Source of the DNA: Azolla caroliniana
Taxonomy: Eukaryota > Plantae > Polypodiophyta
Reading direction: 5' to 3'
NCBI GenBank assembly: GCA_043228905.1
Contig: JBHGNT010000013.1
Location: 6,138,001-6,202,000 of the forward strand
DNA: 64,000 bases
Shown here piece after piece: positions 11,686 through 23,004 of the stretch (position 1 is its first letter; each line of letters opens with the position of its first letter). Position numbers and translations under genes: made by a program. The notes below the pieces were generated by a model. The model saw only the letters and a list, made by a program, of their open reading frames with translations. It was not told the origin of the DNA and searched no databases.

Positions 11686-12419
11686 TGACATGAACTGCAA
11701 CGCTCCTTACACGCAACGCTCGGCCACAACCAAGCTTAGAATCATACACAGAAAATGGGAGATAAATACACGACACAGTGAAGAGAAGAGTACACAGGAT
11801 GTTTACGTGGAAAACCCAAACTAGGGAAAAACCACGGCAGCCCACAGGCTGCAAACTATCACTATGTTAGAATGTACAACAGTGAGTTCACGGAGGCAAC
11901 GACCTCGTGTTCACGATCTTCGCCACAGGCGGCGGTTTCAACAGAGGCAACGACCTCTTTCTCTCTCTCTCTCTCTTTGTACACGGTTACACACTCTCTC
12001 ACTTCTTGCACCAACAAGAATAACAACAACTCTTAAAAGTTTGCCCTAAGTCATATTTATACTAATATGACTTTTCGGCTATTTACAAATATAGTCATGA
12101 TGGACTCTCAGAAACATATTTACGAATATGTCTCTTCATCCGGTTCTCACCGGGTCTGCACCATCCGGCTCTCCGTAGCCGGGTACTCCTCATCCAGTTC
12201 TCACTAGGCCTGCACCATCCGGCTCTCCGTAGCCGGGTACTCCTCATCCGGTTCTCACCGGGCCTGCACCATGCGACTCTCCGTAGCCGGGTACTCCTCA
12301 TCCGGTTCTCACCGGGCCTGCACCATGCGACTCTCCGGAGCCGGGTACTCCTCATCCGGTTCTCACCGGGTCTGCACCGTTCTTCTCCCTTCCCATCCGG
12401 AGGGACCTGTCTCCCAACA
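11686..12419 (-). repeat. Copia-2 3' LTR
   Basis: Near-identical to 16495-17226; TG..CA ends; PPT adjacent. Confidence 0.95.
12137..12378. repeat. 54-bp CCGG-rich tandem repeat (about 4.5 units) in U3; also at 16944-17184
   Basis: Unit CATCCGGTTCTCACCGGGCCTGCACCATCCGGCTCTCCGTAGCCGGGTACTCCT; the overlapping ORF shows 18-aa periodicity. Confidence 0.9.
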
Positions 12420-12429
12420 AACTCCCCCT

Positions 12430-15400
12430 TCACTCCGGCATGGGGTGTCTTACTAGTCCGATCCGCTTCCGGCATGCATCCAGCTTGTCGAGTATCAACA
12501 CTTTGGTCAGCATATCTGACCCGTTCTCGGCCGTATGGATCTTCGTCAGCGCGAACTCCTGGTCATCTACTCTTTCCCGGATCCAGTGATACCTTCGCTG
12601 GATATGCTTCGTCCGGGAATGGTAGGACGCATTCTTAGCAAGGTGGATGGCACTTTGACTGTTGCAATAGAGCCGTTATTCATCTTGCCGGATACCGAGC
12701 TCTTCGATGAAGTCCTTCATCAATAATATTTCCTTGCCAGCTTCCACAGCCGCCATGTACTCCGCCTCCGTGGTTGACAATGCAACCGTCTTCTGCAGCC
12801 TCGACTGCCACGAGACAGCTCCCCCTGCATATGTCATTACATACCCGGATGTAGACCGGCTGGTATCCACATAAGCCGACATGTCCGAATCAGTGAAACT
12901 GTCAAGTTGAGGTTTTCCGGAGCCGAATCGGAGACACATATTTGAACTGCCCTTCAAATACCGGAGTATCCATTTGACCGCGTTCTAGTGCTCCTTGCCG
13001 GGATTGCTCATAAACCGGCTCACCACTCCGACTACGTGTCCTATTTCCGGTCGGGTACACACCATTGCGTACATCAAGCTCCCGACGGCAGAGGCATATG
13101 GAATCTTCATCATATTTGCCTTCTCTGCTTTCGTCTTCGGGCTTTGCTTACTGGATAGCCTGCAGTTTGCCGGAAGTGTCGATCCGACCGGTTTCGCATC
13201 TGACATGTTGAACCGGCGAAGCACCTTTGTCACGTACTTCTCTTGTGACAGCCATAATTGCTTCACTGATCGGTTCCAGATAATATGCATCCCCATCATT
13301 TGTCTTGCCGGACCCAAGTCTTTCATTCAGAAGGTCCGGTTGAGGGCCTTCTTTAGCATCCGTATTTTGACTTGGTCCTGTCCGATGATCAACATGTCAT
13401 CCACGTACAGAAGGAGTATCAGGAAGTCGCCTCCTTCGAACTTCTTCACAAACACGCAGTGATCGGCCTACGTCTTGTGGTACCCTTGATCAGCCATGAA
13501 GGAGTCGAACTTCCGGTACCATTGTCGGGGAGCCTGCTTTAGTCCGTACAGGCTCTTCTTCAGCCGGCATACCAGGTGCTCCTTCCCTTTCTCCACAAAT
13601 CCCTCCGGTTGCTGCATGTAGATCTCCTCTTCGAGGTCGCCGTGTAGGAATGCCGTCTTCACGTCCAGCTGTTCTACCTCGAGGTCCATGCTTGCCGCTA
13701 TACTCAGCACCGTCCGGATGGAGGTCATCTTTACTACCGGGGCAAATATCTCGTCAAAGTCCACACCCTTCTTCTGCTGGAAACCCTTCACCACGATCCT
13801 GACTTTGTATCTTGGGGGGTTGCCGGCATCTCCCGGTTTCAACTTGTACACCCACTTATTTCGGAGTGCCCGCTTTCCTTTCGGCAACTCCACCAATTCG
13901 TACGTATGGTTCTCATGCAAGGAATCCATCTCGTCCTGCATGGCACTTAACCATTTGCGGCTGTGGATGTCATCCTTCGCTTCTTCGAAGCTGTCCGGCT
14001 CCCCCTCATCGGTCAGCAGAACATGCTCTGCATCCGGAAATCTCCGGGGCGCCCTTCTCTCTCTGAGAGGATATCTCCGTCTTCGGGCTTCAGTAACCGG
14101 CTCCTCCATTTGCTCTTCATCCAAATCCGATTCGGGGTCTTGGCCGGTTCCGGTTTCAGCTTCTTCTACTTCTTCTTCAGCCTGTTCGGTATCCTCACCG
14201 TAACCGGCTGGTCCCTCGAGTGCTAACTGGTCTCTTGCCGGTTGGGTCTGCTCATCGTAGAGTCGATCCTTACCGGTCGACTCGGAGTTCATTATCTTCT
14301 TTTCTGACTCCCAATCGGCGAGTGTCTTGTCCTCCATGAAGATAATATCTCGACTCCGGAATACCTTCTTGTCGACCAGGTCCCACACTCGGTAGCCGAA
14401 CTCATCGTCACCGTAACCGAGGAATATGCATGGCCAGGTCTTTGGATCTAACTTTCCTCTCAGGTCCTTAGCTACATGCACGTACGCGAGACACCCGAAC
14501 ACCTTCAAATGCCGGTAGGATACTTCCTTACCGGTCCATACTCTCTGTGGTGTGTCTCCGTCCAAGGGTACTGAGGGTGATCTATTTATCACATATGTCG
14601 CCGTCGACAATGCCTCAGCCCAAAACTTCTTGGGTAGTTTTGCATGTGCTAGCATACTCCGGACCCTCTACATTATGGTCTGGTTCATCCTCTCGGCCAG
14701 TCCGTCTTCGGCACGATAAATTCGAGCCGGATTCCCTTCGAGCGGCAGTACTCCTCGAACCGCCCCCGGTATTCTCCTCCGTTATCTGCTCGAACCGCCT
14801 TCTGCTTCTGGCTGGTTTCTCTTTCCACTCTCGCGTGGAGCTCTTTGAAAATGGATAGCACCTGATCCTTCGTCTTCAACGGTGTGGCCCACAGCTTCCG
14901 GCTGTGGTCATCTATGAACGTCACGAAGTACTGCGCTCCGGCATGTGACTTCGTGTCTACTTGACACACATCCGTATGCACCAACTCCAGTGGTGCATTA
15001 CGTCTCATCGGTGGCCTTGGTTGGAAGGAGGTCCGATTTTGCTTACCGGCCAGACAATCAGTGCACTTCTCCAAGTGCACGTTCTTGACTGGAATGAGGT
15101 TTTCGTCTGCAAGCCTCTTCATCCCCTTCTCGCTCATATGACACAGCCTCTTGTGCCACAGCTCACCGGCAGTGTCGGATGCCACACGTTCACTTCTTCC
15201 GGACATAACCGGGCATTCATCAGGTACAGTGTGTTGACCTTCCGGGTCCGAGCCACAATCAGGCACCCTTTGCTGAACTTCATGACACCGTTCCGGATGC
15301 TACCCATGTAGCCTTCATCATCTAGCCGACCGGCTGATATCAGGTTCAGACGAACCTCTGGAACGTGTCGGACATCCTTCAGTAGAAACTTGCATCCGGG

Positions 15401-16465
15401 TGGTGTTGTCAGCCACACGTCTCCTATGCCGACAATTCGGCATGTTCCTTCATTCCCCATCCGGACACAACCGTGATCACCGGTTGAGTAGGATGAGAAG
15501 CATTTCCGGTCCGGGGTAAGGTGGAACGACGCTTCGGAGTCGACCACCCAGGTCATCTCGTCGCCGACAAGGTTTATCTCACTCTCCTCGGTGATGAGCA
15601 TCAACTCTTCTTCACTTGCCGCGATTGCCGTCGTTCCCTTCCGGTCCGGCCCCCTCCGGTCTTTACCATTCCGGTCCGGGGTCCGCTTCGAATCGGTACC
15701 GTCGGTTTCCTTGTCTTTTCGGAAATGCCGACAGTTCTTTTGGAAGTGTCCCGGCTTGCCGCAATAGAAGCAAGTAGGCCTCCCCCTTGACTTTGACCAT
15801 GTCCCCGACTTCTCCCGGTTCTGGGGACTACGGGTTCTATGTCTTCCGCGTTCCGATTCGGTAAGGAGCGCTTTGGAGTTGGAGCTCGTAACTTTATCTT
15901 TCCGATGCGCCTCGTCATCTAGCAAGCTCGACTTTACTCTTGCTAGGGATAACCGCTTTCCTTCCGGCCCGGCGTTGCCCAAAGTGACAACCAACGTCTC
16001 CCAGCTATCCGGGAGCGCACCGAGTAGGAGTAGCGCTAGTACCTCATCGGTGAGAGGTACTTCCAATGAAGTTTCCTGGTGGATCAGCCCCTGGAAGGCA
16101 TTCATGTGCTCCGTCATGCTGGAGCCATCTTGGTACCGAAGTCTTACTAGCTTCCGGAATACCGAAACCTGATTAACAACATTTTTGTTCTGAAACATAA
16201 TGCCGATCTTCTCCCAGAGCTCATGAGCCTTGCTCTCTTCATTGAAGTTGTTGTATAGGCTCATGTCGATGAAGCACCGTATGTACGCCGTTGTCTTCAT
16301 GTGCATCACCTCCCATATCGTGGCATCGATTTTGTCCAGTCTCTTGTCCCCAAACTGAACCAGCAACCAAAGATCTTTAACCACGAGCATATCCCTCATC
16401 TTCGATTTCCACACTGAATAGTTGGAGCCGGTGAGCTTGAACATGCCGCCCAACGATTCGTCCAT
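12430..16465 (-). pseudogene. gag-pol: Copia-2 gag-pol with frameshifts and stops
   Basis: CFYCGKPGHFQKNC, VVDSEAS, VHTDVC, QLDVKTAFL, SWQSRLQ..STTEAEY spread over several ORF pieces. Confidence 0.93.
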
Positions 16466-16494
16466 TTTCTGTGTCGTTTCGCTCTGATACCACT

Positions 16495-17226
16495 TGACAG
16501 GAACTGCAACGCTCCTTACACGCAACGCTCGGCCACAACCAAGCTTAGAATCATACACAGAAAATGGGAGATAAATGCACGACACAGTGAAGAGAAGAGT
16601 ACACAACATGTTTACGTGGAAAACCCAAACTAGGGAAAAACCACGGCAGCCCACATGCTGCAAACTATCACTATGGTAGAATGTACAACAGTGAGTTCAC
16701 GGAGGCAACGACCTCGTGTTCACGATCTTCGCCACAGGCGGCGGTTTCAACAGAGGCAACGACCTCTTTCTCTCTCTCTCTCTTTGTACACGGTTACACA
16801 CTCTCTCACTTCTTGCACCAACAAGAATAACAACAACTCTTAAAAGTTTGCCCTAAGTCATATTTATGCTAATATGAATTTTCGGCTATTTACAAATATA
16901 GTCATGATGGACTCTCAGAAACATATTTACGAATATGTCTCTTCATCCGGTTCTCACCGGGTCTGCACCATCCGGCTCTCCGTAGCCGGGTACTCCTCAT
17001 CCAGTTCTCACTAGGCCTGCACCATCCGGCTCTCCGTAGCCGGGTACTCCTCATCCGGTTCTCACCGGGCCTGCACTATCCGACTCTCCGTAGCCGGGTA
17101 CTCCTCATCTGGTTCTCACCGGGTCTGCACCATGTGACTCTCCGTAGCCGGGTACTCCTCATCCGGTTCTCACCGGGTCTGCACCGTTCTTCTCCCTTCC
17201 CATCCGGAGGGACCTGTTTCCCAGCA
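16495..17226 (-). repeat. Copia-2 5' LTR
   Basis: Direct repeat of 11686-12419, next to the iMet PBS. Confidence 0.95.
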
Positions 17227-18132
17227 CAGGCTGTGTAGTGTTTGAAATTGGATGATAAATTGGGGCACTGTCTCCTGCTCCTCTTGGTGGGTTGTGTAAA
17301 ACTAACCGACTAGTTCGCGCCGTTCCACTTGCGTATGGAATAGTCGAAGGAATTTTGTTTTCAAGGCCTCAAATGTGGCAAAGGTTCTGGGTAGGTGCTT
17401 TGCGTGCCAACGGGATGCCAGTCCCTCTAATTTCATGCTGAATTCGGCAATTTTTGACTGTTTGGCTTTCAGTTCGGTCAACCTTTGGGACACATGATTC
17501 GCTTCCCATGTTTGTAGGAACGCATAGACGTGCGCCTCTATGTCAGGGTCATCACAACACTTCGGATATGGGTACGGCATGGTGTAGTCTTCGGAAGGTT
17601 GTACCGGAGATGTGTGGTCTAGTTCTTGCTTTGCGGGTGGTGTTGGTGCGCGGTTTTCCGCTTTCTCCGTAGGTGGTGTTGGTGTGCGTTTGGTCTTGTT
17701 TGGAGATTGCCACTCTTCGGGTACCAAGGGTATTTCCTCCATTGGTTTTGGTGTCGATGAGCCGTCCGATTCGTCCTCCTCCGGATCGTCTAGAGTATCG
17801 TGGCTGCTTTTGTAATTCGACTGAACGCTCTATTCACTATCCGATTCCGACTCTAAGGCCGAGAATGCCTCCGAGTCTCCATTGCCTTCGGCAAGCGTCC
17901 GCAGTCTCGATTCTACCTCTTGCAGACTCGTTAGGCTACTACCCTCGTTGGAAAGTTGTTGTTTTTGGAACCGAAGTGCTTCTTCCACGACCCTTCGAAG
18001 CACTCTGGGAAAAGACCGATCCTGTCAGATTTCATCGGCCGCTTGCTGGAAGTGGAAGGCTTCCTGCCTTTGCTGTCTTTCAACAAGTCTTCTTGCTCGT
18101 TCAATGACTTGGTCGTTAGTCGGTCGAGACAT
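17227..18132 (-). pseudogene. gag: Gypsy-A gag, N-terminal part
   Basis: ATG at 18132 just after the PBS; capsid-like LEGLASRW..TFEALKTKFLRLF. Confidence 0.75.
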
Positions 18133-18167
18133 CCATCCCCCAGTGTTCTCTGGTCACTACAGGAATC

Positions 18168-18177
18168 GTGGTCGCCA
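18168..18177 (-). promoter_or_regulatory. Gypsy-A PBS, probably tRNA-Arg
   Basis: TGGCGACCAC 6 nt from the LTR end. The tRNA assignment is from my recollection of the plant tRNA-Arg(UCG) 3' end. Confidence 0.6.
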
Positions 18178-18183
18178 AATTAG

Positions 18184-18565
18184 TGTTGATCCTTGGCCGG
18201 ACTAGCCACAACACAAGGTGTCCTCTTCTGGAACACTTCTCCAAAGGGTGGTAAGGTTAGGATGCTTCTATAATTAACACGCGTAAGATCTTAATATTAA
18301 CCACAAATGGCAAGTATACAAGACGCAAGCATTAATTAATCGATATATGTAATCATTACGTCGGGTTGAATCCTTTTATAGGAATCCGGCGTCATTATAA
18401 AACGGTGCCCTATCGGCAACCAGCTACGAATCGGTTCGAATCCGGATCGGTGCAACTATACCGGATCCGTCCCTCCAAATACTAATTCTATTTATTTCTA
18501 AATATATATATATATCTCCGACTCGTCCTTTTCCCACTTATCCTTCGGCCCTTAACTGGCCAACA
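18184..18565 (-). repeat. Gypsy-A LTR, flanked by internal sequence on both sides
   Basis: TGTTG..CAACA termini; similar ends and 5' flank to the LTR at 37036-37497. Confidence 0.8.
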
Positions 18566-19170
18566 CATGGCACGCCCTTGGGAAAGTGCATTGCACTTCG
18601 AACCCACACAACTGCCTCACTCTTCGTCCAAAATATCCAACAGACTTTGCTCCAGATGGTCGAGTGGTAGTGCGTTCTGTTGCTGCTTTGCCCCTGCCGC
18701 TTTGTCCGAATTTGGTTGGAGTGGCTGCTCCAGTTCTTCAACCCTCGTTGGCTCCTGTTGTATTGGTTCTCCGACTCTGCTCTCCTCTAGTGCTTGTTGC
18801 TCGGCTTCAGCGTCGAGATCTCTTCTATCACCGGTATCAACCGGTTGCTCTACTGCTACAATTGCTTCTATTGTTTCCTCGGCTTCCTTTAGAGGCCGCT
18901 CCTCCGTTTCAGGGTGTTCAGCCATTCCAACTGGTATTTACTCGCTCTTCAGCCATTCCGGCTTCATTTCGGCCGCTCGTCCGTATTTGTCCGGCCTTCG
19001 GTCGCTCCGACTGCTCTAGCCATTGTCTGGCTATGCCGACCGGTTTCCAAACATTCTGGTCGCTCTTTCCACTTTTCGGCCGATGTTTGGCCGTCGTTGC
19101 ATATTTGTCCTGCCTTGTCCACCGGCTCCATTTCCATCTCCATCTCCAATCGTCTCCATTACTGTCTGCT
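18566..19170 (-). pseudogene. 3' end of the extra ORF from a second, tandem Gypsy-A unit
   Basis: ORF 18617..18925 ends LEQSLLDILDEE*, matching LDQSILDILDED* at about 36945-36982. Confidence 0.7.
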
Positions 19171-19562
19171 CTATTCCGGGAGGTGGTTTGGGTGTTGCTA
19201 GAATATGGGTTTGTGCACTCACGACCGCTGGCCATACCAAAATACAGAACCGGATTCATTATAGCAGCGTATGAGGGACTGGAGGTAGATTGGGTGAAGA
19301 TCATCACCGAATGCTTGAAATCCGCCATAGAATCTGTGGCGGAAGGGAAGAAATCTTGGATAGGTGTAGCACAGTGGCTAACCTTATTAGTACCCCCCTT
19401 CATCACCACCAAACCTAAAAAGAGGGGCCGACCGGAAACAACGCCCAAGAAAGCAACCAAGAGGCGACAACTCCTGGAAAAGCACACTCGAGGATGGACC
19501 TCAGAGGACGCATCACAACAGGAGGAAGGCCAAACCAGGCGGAGACTAGAACCGGCGGAGAA
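19171..19562 (+). repeat. Inverted copy of an extra-ORF segment (about 465-856)
   Basis: The + strand translation LFREVVWVLLEYGFVH..KKRGRP..EPAEK is nearly identical to ORF 248..877. Confidence 0.9.
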
Positions 19563-19575
19563 GAGGAACCACGTA

Positions 19576-20336
19576 TGTGATGAAGAGAGAGAGAAAAAAG
19601 ATAGAGAAGAGAAGAGGAAGAAAAAAAGAATACTTCAATATAATATTAAAAAAATAATACAATCCTCTTAGACACCAAGAGGAATAACCCCAAATAATTA
19701 CTTCAATATACTAATACTAAAATAGTCTTTTTGCCTTCTCTCTTTCTTCTACTAATCGTCTTCTCACTTATTCTAATCTTCTTCTTCTTCCTCCCTTCTT
19801 CTACCTCACTTCTTCTTGTAGATCTTCTATTCCTCCTTCGTAACTATTCTATTCCCTTGTCGTCTCCCCAATTGCTAAGAATACCCTCATACTTATAGGT
19901 TTTTAGTTGTGTTATTCTTGCTTTTTCTTTTACATTTCCTCGAGTTTGTGTGGTGCTTTTTTCATATCATTATTTCTGGTTTGTCATCCAAATTTGTCAT
20001 ACAAGAAAGTTCTCTTTGTCAGCTTTCTTACGAATCTTTTCTTTTGAAATTTGGATAAGAGATGAAGAAGTTATGAGCTTTTTTCTCTACCTTGCTTTTT
20101 CTGCTTAATTTCCTGCGTTTTTCTTCTTTTTCTTCTTTTTCTGCTTTTTCTACTTTTTCTGCTTTTTCTGCTTTTTCTACTTTTTCTACTTTTGAAAAAC
20201 GCCTCTAACTTTATTTCTCTTCAATTTCATTTATCTTTTAACTCTTGGACCTTTCATATTGTGCTTTATTCTTCTATACCTTCGCATCCAATGTATTTGT
20301 CACGGTCTTTTCCTATGAGCAAAAATTGAGATCACA
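19576..20336 (-). repeat. Probable 3' LTR of a degraded Gypsy element
   Basis: TGTGAT..ATCACA terminal inverted repeat; PPT GGAGGGGGG at about 20342-20350; no matching partner LTR found. Confidence 0.55.
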
Positions 20337-22371
20337 TTTAGCCCCCCTCCTTGCTTTTTGGTGAACCATTTATGGTGAACCCTAAGCTACTAATAAAACC
20401 AAAAAATTCTCCTTTGCCTTATTCATGGCTATAAACAAAGAAGGAGAGAATAAATAAAAAGAAACAAATTATGAGAGTAAAACCCCCGCTAGTTGGTAGG
20501 AAAAACCTCACACTTCTAGACACATACATACACACACACACACACACATTGACAATAGCCACCACAATCTTTCTCCTTGTCAACACAAAGAAAGAGGTTA
20601 CAACAATTATTATATCTTCCTCAACTCTCCAAATACTAGGTGGACCATCGGATACATAACTCTTGATAGAAGTAAGCATGTCAGCATATGAATAAATCTT
20701 TCAAGCGATCAAACTTTTTGCCCAAACACCGTCAAAGCTTTGAGACTTGTTGGAATTGTCACCTTTTGAATTTCTTCGATCTTTGATTTATCCATATAAA
20801 TTCCTTCTTGGCACATGACATTCTCCACAGTACCTTGTTTTGTATGTTTGATCATTTCATCTATAATCTCATCTCGAAAAGGAAGCAAAAATAGATCTCG
20901 TTTGGTTGAATCATTCAAGGGTTGGAAGTTGATGTCTTTCTCCTTTGGAACCACAACAATAGGTGAGACAAACTTCAAATCCTCCAACTTGATGTGGTGC
21001 TTGATGCCTTCTACTCTTATATGTGAATAGTCATTTATGAATAACTTTGGAAACTTAAAAAGAAAAGTAAACCTTAGATTTTCTTCTCCTTGGATATCAT
21101 TTGAAATCATCTTCTTTTTCCCCTTTAGGGTGATAATACTTTTCTCTTCAATGCCTTCTTTGTCCTCCTTAAGACACCATGTGGAATGATTTGTTTTCCC
21201 TATCCCACTAAGATTCATCAATTGTTATGCTTTCCTCTTCTTGCTTGCCATTGTCGATAGATGATTCCTTCTCCTTTATACATTTAATTAGTTGTGGTGG
21301 ATCCTTTGATGGTGATAAGTTCATGATACTCCAATCATGCATTGCAAGTAATTCTCTTGGCTCTTGATCAAATTGTTGTTGAAGAGTTGATGCCCACATA
21401 ACGTTGTTGCTACTCAATGCAAATCCAAAACACAAATTTTGCACGAACACCTTCATACACTGTAACTAGGCACTTACCAATGCTTCCTTACACGCATTGA
21501 TCTCCAAAAGCCAATCTCCAGCTATCACTTCCAGGTTACCTTCTTCATCTTGCAACTCCCTTGTGGGTACTTCACCATCAACAACTTTTTCTGTCATATC
21601 TTCCATTTCATCTTGCACATATTCATCATCAACCACCATATCACTTGTTGTATCAATAATGTCCTCAACATGATGTACATTGGCATCACCATCCATGGCA
21701 TCTCTTCTCATAACAATCTCCTTCGATTCGTCATTCACATAATCATTCTTTATATCATGGTTGTCCTCATGAACTATATGGGGGAACTCCACATTCATCA
21801 CCTCTTCTTCTTTTTCTCTAGAATCACCTTCATAGACATCATTATAACTCCAAAAATTAGAATAATGATATGAGGGAACCTGTTGAATCGGACATTGTAA
21901 ATATGATGGTTGTTGGCTCATGACCGATCCACAATTATTACAGCTTGGATTTATGGTATATGACGTTGACACTCCACATGCTTCACCGAATAACAACTTC
22001 TTCAATTGTTGATCATAACTTTGACATACTCGAAGCAACTCATGGAAAGACCTTGGGTACTTCATATGCACTTCATATTGAAAATATGGATCTAGCCCTA
22101 CTTTGAATCTTTGCATCTTGAAGTATACATCTTCAACGCCTCCAACAAGTCGAATCCAAGTGGACCATATATCCAAAAACTTCTTCTCATACTCGAGGTA
22201 GCACATTGATGGAACCATACGCAATTGGAAAAGTTCTCTTCGTAGATCGGTCACATCGCGAACTCCATATCTTGCCATCAGTTTGATGATGAATCAGTAG
22301 ATCCAACCATCAATGAGTGGACAACTGTTCCTCCCATTATATGGAAAGGATCAACTCTCCCTGGAGCACCA
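20337..22371 (-). pseudogene. Degraded, internally deleted Gypsy gag and RT remnants with PBS
   Basis: Gag-like KMQRFKVGLDPYFQYEV; RT-like SPIVVVPK..LNDSTKRD..LPFRDEIID; PBS TGGTGCTCCAGG at 22360-22371 (tRNA-Ile(UAU)-like, from memory). Confidence 0.65.
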
Positions 22372-23004
22372 AAATTGATAGAGAGATGATAGAAATAAGA
22401 GAGAAGGAAGATATATAGATCCAAAACCACAAAGATCTATTGATAATGAGTAATCATGATGGAAGGAAGAGAGAAAGAAGATACATAAATCCAAGTCTAC
22501 AAAGATATATGGATAACAACACAACCACATTACATGAATAGGCAAGAAAAACACCACAAGAAGTAGACCCTCTTACCACCTTACTCTTCTTGCTTTATAT
22601 AAAGTTCTCTTCCATTAGATAAGTTTCCCTTGCTTTCTTTTTTATGCTTTTTTTAGAGTTTTTCATATCCTATTCTTAGCTATTACACATCGATCTTCTA
22701 ATCGTCATATCTCCCTTGTCCAAGCTCCACATTTAGAGCTTTAAAAATCTACGAACAGCTCTCTTCACAAGCTTTATAACCCATATTTGAACACGATATT
22801 TGTCTTCCAAACGAAAGAGTTAATAGCGTTCGTTTCAGACTGTGTTTTGGTGGCTCGTTTTTTCTTCTTTTACTTTTCTCCATGTGTCTTGCTTTTTGTT
22901 TGACTTATCCTCAAGACCTTGGTTCGTGATCTTGCCCTCCAGATGTGAACGCACCATAAATTATATTCTTGCAGACTTCAATACCTTGAATTCTAAAAAC
23001 ACTT

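Larger units (their letters stand above)
11686..17226 (-). mobile_element. Copia-2: full-length Tork-like Copia with disabled ORF
   Basis: LTRs 11686-12419 and 16495-17226, PBS TGGTATCAGAGC at 16481-16492, PPT at about 12420-12430, imperfect TSD CAGCT/CAGGC. Confidence 0.95.
140..18565 (-). mobile_element. Gypsy-A: degraded non-chromovirus Ty3/Gypsy element with extra 3' ORF, interrupted by Copia-1 and Copia-2; 3' end not seen
   Basis: On the minus strand the order is LTR (18184-18565), PBS, gag, PR, RT, RNase H, INT, extra ORF. No chromodomain seen. The left boundary is approximate. Confidence 0.85.

Noticed and set aside
12095-12475. 126-aa ORF with 18-aa repeats, and a CRISPR-like appearance of the array
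   Set aside because: It is a translation of the 54-bp LTR tandem repeat; there are no unique spacers and no cas genes.
15134-16663. Hydrophobic N-terminal extension of Copia-2 Gag
   Set aside because: It is read-through from LTR and PBS sequence; the paralogous Copia-3 gag starts at the equivalent of 16465.
18586-19671. 361-aa ORF as a novel gene
   Set aside because: It is a chimera across the inversion junction: antisense sequence, an extra-ORF fragment and LTR sequence.
22376-23000. 5' LTR partner of 19576-20336
   Set aside because: It abuts a PBS and is LTR-like in composition, but I could not align it to the other LTR or find its far end.
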